A DNA stretch of 64,000 nt from Candidatus Magasanikiibacteriota bacterium (GCA_963802255.1 CAWDHY010000001.1:363842-427841); one strand, 5' to 3'; shown: positions 29,152 through 39,385, counted from the first letter of the stretch. Notes: a model not told the origin generated them from the sequence alone. Made by a program: numbers and translations.

Positions 29152-31200
29152 ATGAAGCCCGCTTACCCGCGACAATTTAACAGAAGTTTGTCGCTAATAA
29201 TAATGGCGGTTGCTTTTATTTTTTATCTGTCTTATTCTTCTCCGGCCAAAGCGCAGACCGTAAATGATTACCCGAGAATGGCAAACCTTTATTTATATTC
29301 GCCGATTCGTCAAAGTGACGTGCCTTTGCTCGCCAAGTGGGATGTGCTTATTCTGCACATGCTGGCTCAGCAAAATAGCGCGGAGCAGATCCGTCAAATT
29401 AGGCAGATAAATCCTAATATTAAAATTCTTGTATATATTACCTCTCAGGAATTTCCGATAAACAAGCACGCCGAATGGGATACGAATCCCAACGGCTTAT
29501 TTAAACGCCTGCTTCGCGGAATTACCGATGAAATGTGGCTGCGCGATAACGATGGGGCCCATGTTGTTTTTTGGGATACCGCTTGGATGCTAAATGTAAC
29601 CGATTTTCCCGGAAATGGAAAAAAATGGAATGATTATTTATCGGATTTTGTAGTTAACGAACTGCTTTCTTCTGGTTTGTGGGATGGTGTTTTTTACGAT
29701 AATACCTGGTCAAATATTTCCTGGCTGAACGGCGGAGCGATAGATGCAAACCGTGATGGTCAGAATGATAAGGCGGCAAGTTTAGATAGTGCATGGCAGG
29801 CGGGTATGAGTAAGCTTTTTAAACTTACGCGCGAAAAATATAACAAGCCGTTAATTATTGTAGGTAATGGCGACAGGGGATATTACAGCGATATCAATGG
29901 TATATATTTTGAAAATTTTTCCACAAACAGTTATCTCTCATGGGAGGAAAAAATGCGGCTGTATGGTTTATCGTCAAATACCAGCCGAGAACCTCAAGTA
30001 GCTATTCTTGGAAACACATCGGCCGATACCGCAAAGGCGCAGGCCGATTTCAGTAAAATGCGTTTTGGTTTAGCCAGTTCTCTTCTGGAAGATGGGTATT
30101 ATAGTTATGACGCTGGCTCAAATAGTCACGCGGAAAAATGGTGGTATGACGAATATAATGTGAATCTTGGCGAGCCGATGGGAGAGGCAACATCAATGAG
30201 CGGCAATGATAATTATGTTAAAGATGTTTGGCGTCGCGAATTTACTAATGGTCTGGCGGTTGTAAACTCACTGGCGGAAGAAAAAGAAGTTGATCTGGGC
30301 GGAGAGTTTGAAAAATTAATCGGCACTCAGGATTCAAAAGTTAACGACGGCGGTATTGTCAGTAAAATTAAACTGGCGGCAAAAGATGGTTTGTTAATGT
30401 TAAAAACTTATCAAACGGTGAAAGATCTGGTTTTTGTTAACGGCTCGTTCGTCCGATTTGTAGATTATTTAGGCCAGAGAGTGCGTAATGGATTTTTTGC
30501 TTATGACTCCAAATACCCCGGCGGCGCGCGTGTATATTCGGCTGATATTGATGGAGTCGGTGATGATGAAACAATTGTTGCAAGCGGGGCGAAATTTGAG
30601 ATATTTAACAGTAGTGGAGAGCGCTGGTTTAATGATTATCCGTTTGGCGGTAATTTTGAAGGCGACATCAGAATATCCGTAAATAAATTATTTGAAAAGC
30701 AATTGCAGGATCAGATCGTCATTGCGCCAAGTTTTGGTGAAAAAATAATAATGTACAATTATCATGGAGCTGTAATGCAGGGCGGGTATACTCCGTTTGA
30801 TCCGACGAAATATGTCGGCGGATTTTCCGTGGCGGCGGCTCTTTTAGACGGGCCGGGGAAACCCGGCAGTGTTGTGGTGGGGGTGGGGAAAGGAAAACCG
30901 GCCGAAGTTTTAATTTACGACAATCGCATATCTCAATTAAAAAAACGTTTTTATCCTTATGAAAAAACGTTTAAGGGCGGTTTATACGTCGCCACCGGAG
31001 ATGTGACCGGAGACAACAGAGATGAAATAATTGTCAGCGCGGTATCAGGAACGGATAAATCAATTAAAGTTTTTGACGGTAATGGAAAAAAATTATCTGA
31101 ATTTAAACCCAGCGGCCTTTTTGGCTCAGCCGGAACAATGGTTGGTACGGTTGATATTAATTTTGACGGTAAAATGGATATCGCCGTAATTAGTTTATAA
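29152..31200 (+). CDS. Secreted protein: N-terminal TIM-barrel-like glycoside-hydrolase-like region, C-terminal FG-GAP/VCBS-like repeats
   Basis: Signal peptide ...SYSSPAKAQ; C-terminal repeats DIDGVGDDETIV, GDVTGDNRDEIIVSA, DINFDGKMDIAVI (FG-GAP-like Ca-binding loops). The hydrolase assignment is tentative. Confidence 0.5.
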   Translation: MKPAYPRQFNRSLSLIIMAVAFIFYLSYSSPAKAQTVNDYPRMANLYLYSPIRQSDVPLLAKWDVLILHMLAQQNSAEQIRQIRQINPNIKILVYITSQEFPINKHAEWDTNPNGLFKRLLRGITDEMWLRDNDGAHVVFWDTAWMLNVTDFPGNGKKWNDYLSDFVVNELLSSGLWDGVFYDNTWSNISWLNGGAIDANRDGQNDKAASLDSAWQAGMSKLFKLTREKYNKPLIIVGNGDRGYYSDINGIYFENFSTNSYLSWEEKMRLYGLSSNTSREPQVAILGNTSADTAKAQADFSKMRFGLASSLLEDGYYSYDAGSNSHAEKWWYDEYNVNLGEPMGEATSMSGNDNYVKDVWRREFTNGLAVVNSLAEEKEVDLGGEFEKLIGTQDSKVNDGGIVSKIKLAAKDGLLMLKTYQTVKDLVFVNGSFVRFVDYLGQRVRNGFFAYDSKYPGGARVYSADIDGVGDDETIVASGAKFEIFNSSGERWFNDYPFGGNFEGDIRISVNKLFEKQLQDQIVIAPSFGEKIIMYNYHGAVMQGGYTPFDPTKYVGGFSVAAALLDGPGKPGSVVVGVGKGKPAEVLIYDNRISQLKKRFYPYEKTFKGGLYVATGDVTGDNRDEIIVSAVSGTDKSIKVFDGNGKKLSEFKPSGLFGSAGTMVGTVDINFDGKMDIAVISL

Positions 31201-32085
31201 TCCGGTAATCAGACAAACAACAGGACCCTTAAATTTTATGCCGCTTTGGACGGCTTTTTTTAATCCTGCCACAGACAGAGAACTGTTTGGTGATATATCA
31301 ATATCTTCCGCCTGTTTAACCAAATTTATCGCTTCCGTTATTTCACTGTTTGAAATTATCCAGCCGTTACCGCCACTTGATTTCATCGCGTTAATTACCG
31401 AATTTTTCCGATGACCTACTTTATCCACAATTGCCCTAGCCAGTGAAGGTTCACCGGAAGATGGTACCCAGGAATCAATAATAGGGTGGCATTCGCTTGT
31501 TTGCGCGATATGAATTTGTGGGTTTATACCAATTTTTTTAAAGCCCAAATGCAATCCTTGGGCGGTAGTGCCACTTGAAGTCGGGATAAATACCGCCCCG
31601 ATATTTTTAATTTTTGACAGTTCCAGTGCAAGTTCTTCATATCCTGCTAACGCGAAATCGTCAGTAGATTGTCTCAATAGCTTTGCATCATTATTTTTTT
31701 CCTCCAGAAAAGCCCCCTGCTTTGGGTTTGATACTTTCCGAACCAAAATTCTGCCGTCTTTTTTCGCTGCGTCCTTAATGCCCTGCATTTTTTTGAAATG
31801 AATTTTTTCACCGACAAAAATTTGCAGTGAAATTTTATCGTCATTTTCTATGTTGTATTTTACAACCGTCATCGCAGCGGCAAGCGCAGCATTTCCGGAT
31901 GAAGAAATGATAAAACTGCTATGTCCAAGATCGGCATATTTCTTAATCATTACGGGAATGGAACGGCCCTTATGTGAACCGAATGGATGAAGATCTTCGC
32001 GTTTTAAGTAGAGGTCTTCTTTCAAACCAATCGATTGAGCCAATTTTTTGGCTTTTTTTTGCGGGGTAACCATAATAGTTGACAA
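31195..32085 (-). CDS. PLP-dependent fold-type II enzyme (threonine synthase / cysteine synthase-like)
   Basis: REDLHPFGSHKGRSIP (PLP-lysine region) and SSSGNAALAAAMTV glycine-rich loop. Confidence 0.5.
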   Translation of the reverse strand: MSTIMVTPQKKAKKLAQSIGLKEDLYLKREDLHPFGSHKGRSIPVMIKKYADLGHSSFIISSSGNAALAAAMTVVKYNIENDDKISLQIFVGEKIHFKKMQGIKDAAKKDGRILVRKVSNPKQGAFLEEKNNDAKLLRQSTDDFALAGYEELALELSKIKNIGAVFIPTSSGTTAQGLHLGFKKIGINPQIHIAQTSECHPIIDSWVPSSGEPSLARAIVDKVGHRKNSVINAMKSSGGNGWIISNSEITEAINLVKQAEDIDISPNSSLSVAGLKKAVQSGIKFKGPVVCLITGL

Positions 32086-32139
32086 ATAGTTGAAATAGTA
32101 TTAGAATGTAATCGTTTTTAAAATCATTTAATATACATT

Positions 32140-32301
32140 ATGAAACTTGCTTGCCCTGAATGTAAAAATGATATTGATTTGACCAATTACTCTGATATGG
32201 CCGACGGCCATGTCATTGAATGTAATCACTGCGGAATTACGCTTGAGGTCAAAGAGGTGGGCGATAATTATACTGCTGAAGTCATAGATGAAGGCAAATA
32301 A
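32140..32301 (+). CDS. Small zinc-ribbon protein, LysW/ArgW-like (53 aa; below ORF-track cutoff)
   Basis: MKLACPECKNDIDL...GHVIECNHCGITLEVKEV... resembles the LysW CPECG...ECxxCGxxLEV pattern; ends ...VIDEGK, so the conserved C-terminal Glu is absent. Confidence 0.4.
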   Translation: MKLACPECKNDIDLTNYSDMADGHVIECNHCGITLEVKEVGDNYTAEVIDEGK

Positions 32302-33696
32302 TCAGACCGCCAATTTCTCAATCATTCCTCTAAAACCGTGGCTGCCTAAAAAGACGATTGCGTCTTCAGGGCCGGCCGCGGTTTTTAAATATTCTACTAG
32401 CTGTTCGTCGTTATCAATAAGTTCGACAGCCTTGTGAGTTCGCGTGATTGTAGTTTTAAGCATTTCGCCGTCCATAACCGCGTCTGTCGCATCTTTATCA
32501 ATTTTAATTTTTGTTAAACGAGGAATGATGACGATGTCAGCGTTAAAAAAACTGTTATCGTAGCTGGGCACGGAAGACATCTGGCGGTTGCCGGTATTTG
32601 GTTCAAAAACAGTAATAATTTTTCCGGTAAAGATATTTTTTAACGTTTGAAGAACTGAGCGGGCTTTAACCGGAGAATGAGCAATGTCGTCAAATATTGT
32701 TGCCCCGCTGGTTGTTTTACCTCTTTTTTCCAAACGTCTTTTTATGCCACCAAATGAACCGATGGCGCTAATTATCAGGTTTTTATCAATACCGATTTCG
32801 CTTGCCATGGCAAAAGCGCCGCAGATATTTTCCGCCATATAATTTCCCAGCATGGGTGACTTAATTTTATAGTTTTCTCCTTCGTGATAAATTGAAAAGG
32901 ATATTCCATTTTTATCACCTATTATATTGTTAAATATGTAATCAGCATCAGTGGTTCCATATCTGACTATTTTAGATGTTGTTTCAGACAATACACGGTC
33001 AATATTTTTATTATCGGCGCAAGCAACAACCAAGCCGCCTTCCGGTAATAACCGCATTAATTTTTTAAAGGCGCCATAATACAATTCTTCCGTTGGATAC
33101 ATATCAAAATGGTCCCATTCTAAACCGGTAAGAAGCAGAAATTTCGGCTTGTAGGAAAAAAATTTAGCCTCCGGATGATTTTTTCCGGTTTTATATTCAT
33201 CACCCTCAAGCACGCTCCAGCGTCCGCCCAAGTCGTCTGCGGCATATGGTAAGCTTTGGGAAAGCCCTCCGAACATATAGGCTGGTTTTAATTCCGCCGT
33301 AATTAATATGTGAGCGAGTAGCGCGGTGGTTGAAGTTTTTCCCCATGTTCCGGCACAAACAATAGAATTTTCTTTAATAAGATTTTGGGCGATTAATTCC
33401 GGGTAAGAAACATACGGAATGTTATTTTCCTGAACAAATAGCCATTCCGTGTTTTCCGAACCGGCCACATTTCCGACAACTACCAAATCCGGCGCACCTC
33501 CGCCCGAGGCGGATTGGCACATTTTTTCAGGATGCCAACCGGCGTAAAAATCAATCCGGTTGTTTTCCAGATGAGTTGATACCGGCGGATAAAATCCCGC
33601 GTCAGAGCCGGTCACCCGCCACCCTCTCTTTTTCCACAGAATAGCAAGAGCGCTCATGCCGACACCGCAGATGCCGATAAAGTGAATATGCTTCAT
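32302..33696 (-). CDS. Mur ligase family protein, MurC/Mpl-like (UDP-N-acetylmuramate-L-alanine or murein-peptide ligase)
   Basis: N-terminal HFIGICGVGMSALAILWKKRGWRVTGSDAGFYPPVST (Mpl/MurC-like), P-loop GTWGKTSTTALLAHIL, Mur ligase C-terminal domain. Confidence 0.8.
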   Translation of the reverse strand: MKHIHFIGICGVGMSALAILWKKRGWRVTGSDAGFYPPVSTHLENNRIDFYAGWHPEKMCQSASGGGAPDLVVVGNVAGSENTEWLFVQENNIPYVSYPELIAQNLIKENSIVCAGTWGKTSTTALLAHILITAELKPAYMFGGLSQSLPYAADDLGGRWSVLEGDEYKTGKNHPEAKFFSYKPKFLLLTGLEWDHFDMYPTEELYYGAFKKLMRLLPEGGLVVACADNKNIDRVLSETTSKIVRYGTTDADYIFNNIIGDKNGISFSIYHEGENYKIKSPMLGNYMAENICGAFAMASEIGIDKNLIISAIGSFGGIKRRLEKRGKTTSGATIFDDIAHSPVKARSVLQTLKNIFTGKIITVFEPNTGNRQMSSVPSYDNSFFNADIVIIPRLTKIKIDKDATDAVMDGEMLKTTITRTHKAVELIDNDEQLVEYLKTAAGPEDAIVFLGSHGFRGMIEKLAV

Positions 33697-34340
33697 AAAA
33701 TTTTTTTTAATTCCTCCAAGTCAGCACTCCATTTTTTCCCATCAAACCATTCTACGCCGGAAAATTGCAGTTTGTAAATTGCCGCAGAATTTCGTGCACT
33801 GCCTAAACAAATAAACTTTTTCCCGTTTTCCTTGGCTTGGATAATTGCTTTCGTCATCATGCCTATGCCTAAATTATTTATAACGGTTTTTAGATCGTAA
33901 AACGGATAACCATAGTGAAACCAGTCAGAGTTTTCAAAGCAAATGCAATAGCCGATTGGCTTCTCTTCCAAGGAATATAACAGCAAAGAATTAAAATTGC
34001 TTTTTTTATCCGTAATTAACTCTTTTATCTTGTTTGCTGAAAAAGTTTTTGGTCCGAATTTATTAGAATAAAAATCATAGCCCAGTTTATGGATGTGCCA
34101 ATTATAATTTGGATGGGGGAGAGGTACATTTTCAAGCCGAATATTTTCCGTCTTTTTCAGTACACGCCGGTTTTCACTGGATAATTCAAATTTATCTAAA
34201 TCAACCCGCACGCTTCTTGTTTGAGTCATATGGCCCCTGTTTAGGCGGGTAAAAACAAAGCCGTGCTCATACATGGCGTTTATGTTTGAATCGGAAAAAT
34301 CAGTAATTGTTTTTTCATCCCAAGAAAGGTAATCGCTCAT
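33693..34340 (-). CDS. Hypothetical protein; possible GNAT-fold aminoacyl-transferase (FemAB/ATE-like). Tentative.
   Basis: ORF between mraY and the Mur ligase; start chosen at MSDYLSWDEK to avoid overlap with mraY; only weak similarity by eye. Confidence 0.35.
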   Translation of the reverse strand: MSDYLSWDEKTITDFSDSNINAMYEHGFVFTRLNRGHMTQTRSVRVDLDKFELSSENRRVLKKTENIRLENVPLPHPNYNWHIHKLGYDFYSNKFGPKTFSANKIKELITDKKSNFNSLLLYSLEEKPIGYCICFENSDWFHYGYPFYDLKTVINNLGIGMMTKAIIQAKENGKKFICLGSARNSAAIYKLQFSGVEWFDGKKWSADLEELKKIL

Positions 34341-34345
34341 ATTTT

Positions 34346-35485
34346 TTAGTGCAGTGACAGCCAAACGGCTACGACAACAAAAAATAAATGAATAAGCCAA
34401 AATCTCATCACAATTTTTTCTTCGCTCCAACCCTTAAATTCAAAATGATGATGGATTGGCGCCATCTTGAAAAATCTTTTCCCGAATGCGCGTCTGAAGA
34501 AAACTTGTATGATAACGGAAATAGCTTCCACGTAAAAAATAAAGCCGAGCAAAGGAATTAGAATAGTTTTGTTTACCGCGATTACGTTTATAGCGAAAAG
34601 CGCTCCAAGTCCAAGCGTACCGACATCTCCCATCTGAAAACGGGCCGGCTTGATATTAAAATATGTATAAGCGATCAGCGCTCCAACCGCGGTGGCATTG
34701 AGTAAAGTGAAAGCAACACGGCCTTCAATCCAGCTGATAGCTGTAAGTCCGGAAAAAGTCATAATTAACGCGCCTCCAGCCAAGCCGTCTAAACCGTCGG
34801 CAATATTCACGGCATTGGCCGTAAACATTACCAATAAAATAACAAGAGGAATAATCCACCATCCTAAGGATATTTCGCCGTCAAATGGAACCCAAAGTGA
34901 ACGCCAGTTTTCACCGAGCTTAAAATATATCCACCAGGCCGTAATGGCGCCGGCTATAAATTGCATGAATAATTTTTCGTGAACTTGTATCCCTTTTCCG
35001 GGGTGCGATCCGAAAGCCGAAGTAAATTGTCTGAATGCCACCCAAGGCAAACTAAGTGCGTGTAGCAGGCGCATATACCAGCTTTTATGAACCTTGACCA
35101 AAAGCCATGTGTTTTTTAAACTGCGTTTGCGTCTTTTTGCTCCAAAAATATTTAACAGGTCATCAGCGGCTCCCAGGATGGCGGATATAGCCATAACGCC
35201 GATTGGTACATAGGTGTAACTTCTCTCCCAATTGAAAAAAAGCGTTATGACCGTTACGGTAACAATCACCAAAATTCCACCCATAATTGGCGTTCCGATT
35301 TTTTGCGCCCGCTCGGTTCCGTATAAAGTAAAATCATATTCTCCCCGGCGAGTGATATTAAATTTATACAAAAGTTTTGTGAGAAGCGGAGCCAGAATAA
35401 AAGCGCCGATGGTCGCGCAAATTAGATAAAGCAGCGCCTGTTCCAAAAGCTCCGGTGAAAACGGCTGACATGACATTATTTGCAT
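34346..35485 (-). CDS. mraY: Phospho-N-acetylmuramoyl-pentapeptide transferase MraY
   Basis: Polytopic; NAVNIADGLDGLAGG and APIHHHFEFKGWSEEKIVMRFW motifs; start MQIMS at 35485. Confidence 0.85.
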   Translation of the reverse strand: MQIMSCQPFSPELLEQALLYLICATIGAFILAPLLTKLLYKFNITRRGEYDFTLYGTERAQKIGTPIMGGILVIVTVTVITLFFNWERSYTYVPIGVMAISAILGAADDLLNIFGAKRRKRSLKNTWLLVKVHKSWYMRLLHALSLPWVAFRQFTSAFGSHPGKGIQVHEKLFMQFIAGAITAWWIYFKLGENWRSLWVPFDGEISLGWWIIPLVILLVMFTANAVNIADGLDGLAGGALIMTFSGLTAISWIEGRVAFTLLNATAVGALIAYTYFNIKPARFQMGDVGTLGLGALFAINVIAVNKTILIPLLGFIFYVEAISVIIQVFFRRAFGKRFFKMAPIHHHFEFKGWSEEKIVMRFWLIHLFFVVVAVWLSLH

Positions 35486-35499
35486 AGTAGTGGCAGGAA

Positions 35500-36315
35500 T
35501 TAAATTTTTATACGGCGTACCTCGAATATTTTTGCATCTCTCGCTTCGCAAAATGTTTCATTTTCGTTATTAATTTTCCCGTGTTCTTCCCATGTCTGGT
35601 CCAATAGATTGCCGCCAAGTTTCGTAATTCTAATTTCCCCTCGCGAAACACCGTGTCCATATTTTCCGTCGGATGACCACGCTCGTGAATGAATGTATTT
35701 TATTATTGAACCGTCATTGTTCTCAATTAATAAAATATGATTGCGCTTATTATTCGGTCCGGTTTCCGTCATAATCAGTAAATCAGCCGGTTCTAACCGT
35801 GACCAATCAGACACATCAAGACCGTTTACAATTTTTTCAGAATTTTCATTTTTTGCGATTATCCGCACTGACATGTTTTCAATTGGCCTTAATTTTGAAA
35901 CCAGCCATCGCCATAAGTTTTTTATCGGCCAAAAGCGGAAATTTTTTGTGATATCGATATGCTTTGATTCCTTGTAATGCTCAATAAGAATCTGGCTGAC
36001 GAAGCCGGAACAATCGATTCCGAGATCGTTGTCAATTAAGAATTTTCTTATATCTTGATTTTTCTCCTCGTCGCTGTGTGTTGCATGAATACAACAAAAT
36101 CCGTCTTTATCAAAAATATTGTGTCTATATTGGGTGGATAAAATTTTAGCCTCTTCAACTATCTCGTCCGGAGTCCCTTTGCCTATCAGGCCTCTTAGCT
36201 GTCCGCGGGCACGGCGTTTGATATTGTTGAAGTAGGGGCAGCGAACTCCGGACAAACCCTCAAAAGGAAGGTTAAAATAATTATCAATTAATTTTTGCGC
36301 TCTGGGAGAAAGCAT
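35500..36315 (-). CDS. Hypothetical protein with NlpC/P60-like Cys motif (GIDCSGFVSQIL)
   Basis: DCSGFV matches the NlpC/P60 catalytic Cys context, with downstream His candidates; no signal peptide seen. Confidence 0.4.
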   Translation of the reverse strand: MLSPRAQKLIDNYFNLPFEGLSGVRCPYFNNIKRRARGQLRGLIGKGTPDEIVEEAKILSTQYRHNIFDKDGFCCIHATHSDEEKNQDIRKFLIDNDLGIDCSGFVSQILIEHYKESKHIDITKNFRFWPIKNLWRWLVSKLRPIENMSVRIIAKNENSEKIVNGLDVSDWSRLEPADLLIMTETGPNNKRNHILLIENNDGSIIKYIHSRAWSSDGKYGHGVSRGEIRITKLGGNLLDQTWEEHGKINNENETFCEARDAKIFEVRRIKI

Positions 36316-36319
36316 AACA

Positions 36320-37966
36320 TTATAAAATTTTTAACAGTTGCTTTTTTAATTGCGACGGCAAAAGATTGGTATTTTTTAAATCCGTCAATTGCACCCATTT
36401 TAAGCTGTAATGATTTCCCGTTCCATTACGCTCCTTTTCCGGTCCGCCCAAACGGGCCCGGCCGGAAACTTTGTCGGCCCAGAAGTATGTTTCATGGCGG
36501 GTTCCGTCGAAAATAAACGGTTTTCTTTTTTTGTCTATATTTGCTTTTAGACCAGTTTCTTCGTAAATTTCACGTAAAGCAGTTTTTTCCGTGCTTTCAC
36601 CTTTCTCCAAAGTACCCCCTGGTATTGTCAGATAGCGATAACCGAAGCGATTTCTGTTAATGCACAGCAATCGGCCATTCTTAATAATGATCAGGCCGGC
36701 GCGAGGCCCGTTGAAAACTCTTCCGGTTTTGCCGGACCGGACAAAAATCGAAATTTCATTTCCGTGTTCGTTCAGATTGTTGTGCGATTGCATTACGCCA
36801 TACCGGGTTTGCACTCTGATTAAGTCGCTGTCAGGACGTGAATTATTATAATGGATTACTTTAAAATTTACAGGTTTATATATGTAAGGTTCAGACAATG
36901 ACGGCATTGATTCAGTAACGCGCTGAACGAGCTGTGCGCCATTTTTTATTTTTATAATATTCCAATTTTTAGACGGGCAGTTCAGTAAAGCCAGCAAATG
37001 TGCTTCCATGATGGTTGCACCATTGTTCATTCTTGAATCATTTTGCAGGGCAGATTCAAAACTGGTTGATGCAGGCTGTCTGGCGTTAATTTCAATTAAA
37101 AAAATTCTCCCTGATTTATTGTCCAATGACAAATCAATGCCAAAAAGCCCCCGCCATCCTTCAGTTGATAATTTTCTTCCCACATCGCCGGAAATCTTTT
37201 TTATATCGCTGATCTGTTTTTTTGTCAGGATTGAATCCGGGAGCGACCAGTCGTTGCCGATTGTGGCGAACATATTGTCAGTAAACGGTTTTAGTCCGGT
37301 TATCTGATAACTGATATTGCCAATAAATATTTTTTTATCCCAAACCAGACAATTTACGGTAAAACTTGGCCCGTCAATAAAGCGTGAAATTCGCACATCC
37401 CGTTCCGGAAATTGCTTCTTCAATTTATCCAATTTTGCCTTTGATTCAATAAGAATAGTGCCGCTTCCGGTGTGTGCGCGGTTATATTGAAGAATAAACT
37501 TTTGTCCGCTCCATTTGATATTTTTTAAAGTGTCAATTTTTTTGAGCGGTAAGTACTTTTTTAATTTTCCCAGCCAGATAACCTGAGAAATTTTTTCCTC
37601 AACCTGAGCGGCAAGAGCGGGGGATGGGTTTAATAATTGCCAGCCGTGCTTTCTGCAAATTTCTTCAATTTGAGCGGTTGGTTTAAACACCACGACATAG
37701 TCGTGACGCCTGATAAACTTTTTAGCGTAGGAGCTTTCTAATAGTTCACGCGTGTCTAATATTTTTTTACTTTTTACCGATAAAATGCGGGGATATTTTT
37801 TTGATAATTGGCCGCTGTACTTATTACTGCCGGAAATAATATAGAAGTTTTTCAGACCAATATAAAGACCGGCTTCAGCGCGTTCAATATCACGGCAGAC
37901 ATAAAAAAGCCGCTTTGTTCCAAGCTTCTTTATCAGGATATTATTTGCGCTATTTGCCAGCGTCAT
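36320..37966 (-). CDS. ATP-grasp domain protein fused to a C-terminal Nudix hydrolase domain
   Basis: ATP-grasp-like core ...WRGLFGIDLSLDNKSGRIFLIEINARQP...; C-terminal Nudix box GGTLEKGESTEKTALREIYEETGL. Start chosen at MTLANS (37966) because the longer ORF would abut divergent murB. Confidence 0.55.
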   Translation of the reverse strand: MTLANSANNILIKKLGTKRLFYVCRDIERAEAGLYIGLKNFYIISGSNKYSGQLSKKYPRILSVKSKKILDTRELLESSYAKKFIRRHDYVVVFKPTAQIEEICRKHGWQLLNPSPALAAQVEEKISQVIWLGKLKKYLPLKKIDTLKNIKWSGQKFILQYNRAHTGSGTILIESKAKLDKLKKQFPERDVRISRFIDGPSFTVNCLVWDKKIFIGNISYQITGLKPFTDNMFATIGNDWSLPDSILTKKQISDIKKISGDVGRKLSTEGWRGLFGIDLSLDNKSGRIFLIEINARQPASTSFESALQNDSRMNNGATIMEAHLLALLNCPSKNWNIIKIKNGAQLVQRVTESMPSLSEPYIYKPVNFKVIHYNNSRPDSDLIRVQTRYGVMQSHNNLNEHGNEISIFVRSGKTGRVFNGPRAGLIIIKNGRLLCINRNRFGYRYLTIPGGTLEKGESTEKTALREIYEETGLKANIDKKRKPFIFDGTRHETYFWADKVSGRARLGGPEKERNGTGNHYSLKWVQLTDLKNTNLLPSQLKKQLLKIL

Positions 37967-38019
37967 AATTTTCCAATATAATGAACTAATAATAGCCCAA
38001 AATATCAAAAAAGGCAAGT

Positions 38020-38958
38020 ATGAATGAGTTGTATAAAGAGCTTAAAAAATACGGTCGTGTAAGGCTAAATGAGCCAATGTGTAAACATACCACTATGAAA
38101 GTCGGCGGTCCGGCCGAGTTTTTTGTAGCCGTTAATGATAATGATAAATTAGCCGGTCTTTTAAATTTTTTATCCGGAGAAGGCGTCCCATTTTTTATCC
38201 TTGGAGGCGGATCAAATGTTCTTATTAGGGACGATGGTTTTGAAGGGGTGGTTATCGCGGTTGAAACAAACGCGTTGGATTGCCGGGGAGAGATGATTGT
38301 TTGTGACTCGGGAGAGAATCTTTCTTCCGTTGTTAGTGTTGCTGTCGCAAATTCGCTCGCCGGAATGGAATGGGCGGCCGGAATACCGGGAACTGCTGGC
38401 GGAGCAGTCCGGGGAAATGCCGGGGCTATGGGCAGCGACATATCACAAAGCGTATCGGAAGTAACCGTTTGGAAAAATGGAGAAATATTTACCTTGAAAA
38501 ATAATGAATGTGAATTCGGTTATCGTAGCAGTATTTTTAAGAAAGACGGCGGTGTTATTTTGCGTATTATTTTTAAGCTGCAACCGGGCGAGAAAAAAGA
38601 AATATTAAAAAAAACCGGAGAAAATATTCAAAAAAGACTTGGTCTTCATCCCGCACATCCTTCATCGGGCAGTTTTTTTAAGAATATAAGGATTGAAAAT
38701 TGGCCCGGTAATCAGGATGATTTGCCGGCACAATACCGCGAACGTGGCACAATTCCGGCCGGATATCTGATTGAACAGCTTGGTTTAAAGGGATATCGGG
38801 TTGGTGGGGCGGGCGTTTCCATAGAACATGGAAATTTCATTATTAACTATGGCGGAGCGACGCAAGCAGACATTGTCTCATTGGTTGAAACAGTTAAGGA
38901 AAAAGTATATAATAAATATGGAATAGAGCTTGTTCCGGAGGTGGAGATAGTTAAATAA
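38020..38958 (+). CDS. murB: UDP-N-acetylenolpyruvoylglucosamine reductase MurB
   Basis: FAD-binding N-terminus KHTTMKVGGPAEFF...PFFILGGGSNVLI, MurB C-terminal domain. Confidence 0.85.
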   Translation: MNELYKELKKYGRVRLNEPMCKHTTMKVGGPAEFFVAVNDNDKLAGLLNFLSGEGVPFFILGGGSNVLIRDDGFEGVVIAVETNALDCRGEMIVCDSGENLSSVVSVAVANSLAGMEWAAGIPGTAGGAVRGNAGAMGSDISQSVSEVTVWKNGEIFTLKNNECEFGYRSSIFKKDGGVILRIIFKLQPGEKKEILKKTGENIQKRLGLHPAHPSSGSFFKNIRIENWPGNQDDLPAQYRERGTIPAGYLIEQLGLKGYRVGGAGVSIEHGNFIINYGGATQADIVSLVETVKEKVYNKYGIELVPEVEIVK

Positions 38959-39028
38959 GGCACCGGTCAAAAATCACAATAATATCGTTTCATTTTCAAT
39001 TTACTAATAGAAATTAACCCCAATGTTT

Positions 39029-39385
39029 ATGAATATACAGATTACAGGCCGCGGGATAGATCTCACAGAGGCTATAAAAAGTTATATTGAAAAAAAAATT
39101 GGCGGATTGGAAAAGTTTTATGACAGCATTTTAAAAGCAGATGTAAAAGTCGGTAAAGAAAGTGATCATCATCTGAAGGGTGAAGTATTTATGTGTGAAT
39201 GCCGGCTGGGTGTGCCTGGTGTAAATTTATTCGCTTCAAAAAATGAAAAAAATTTATATAAAGCGATAGATAAAGTGCGGGATTATTTGGAAGGTGAGTT
39301 AAAAAAACATAAAATCCTTCAGCGCGAAAAAATTAAAAAGGATAAACGGGCGGTGCGCACCGGAAAGGAATACAAAATTGAATAA
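39029..39385 (+). CDS. hpf: Ribosome hibernation promoting factor / RaiA family
   Basis: MNIQITGRGIDLTEAIKSYIEKKIGGLEKFYD... typical HPF/YfiA N-terminus; about 118 aa. Confidence 0.75.
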   Translation: MNIQITGRGIDLTEAIKSYIEKKIGGLEKFYDSILKADVKVGKESDHHLKGEVFMCECRLGVPGVNLFASKNEKNLYKAIDKVRDYLEGELKKHKILQREKIKKDKRAVRTGKEYKIE

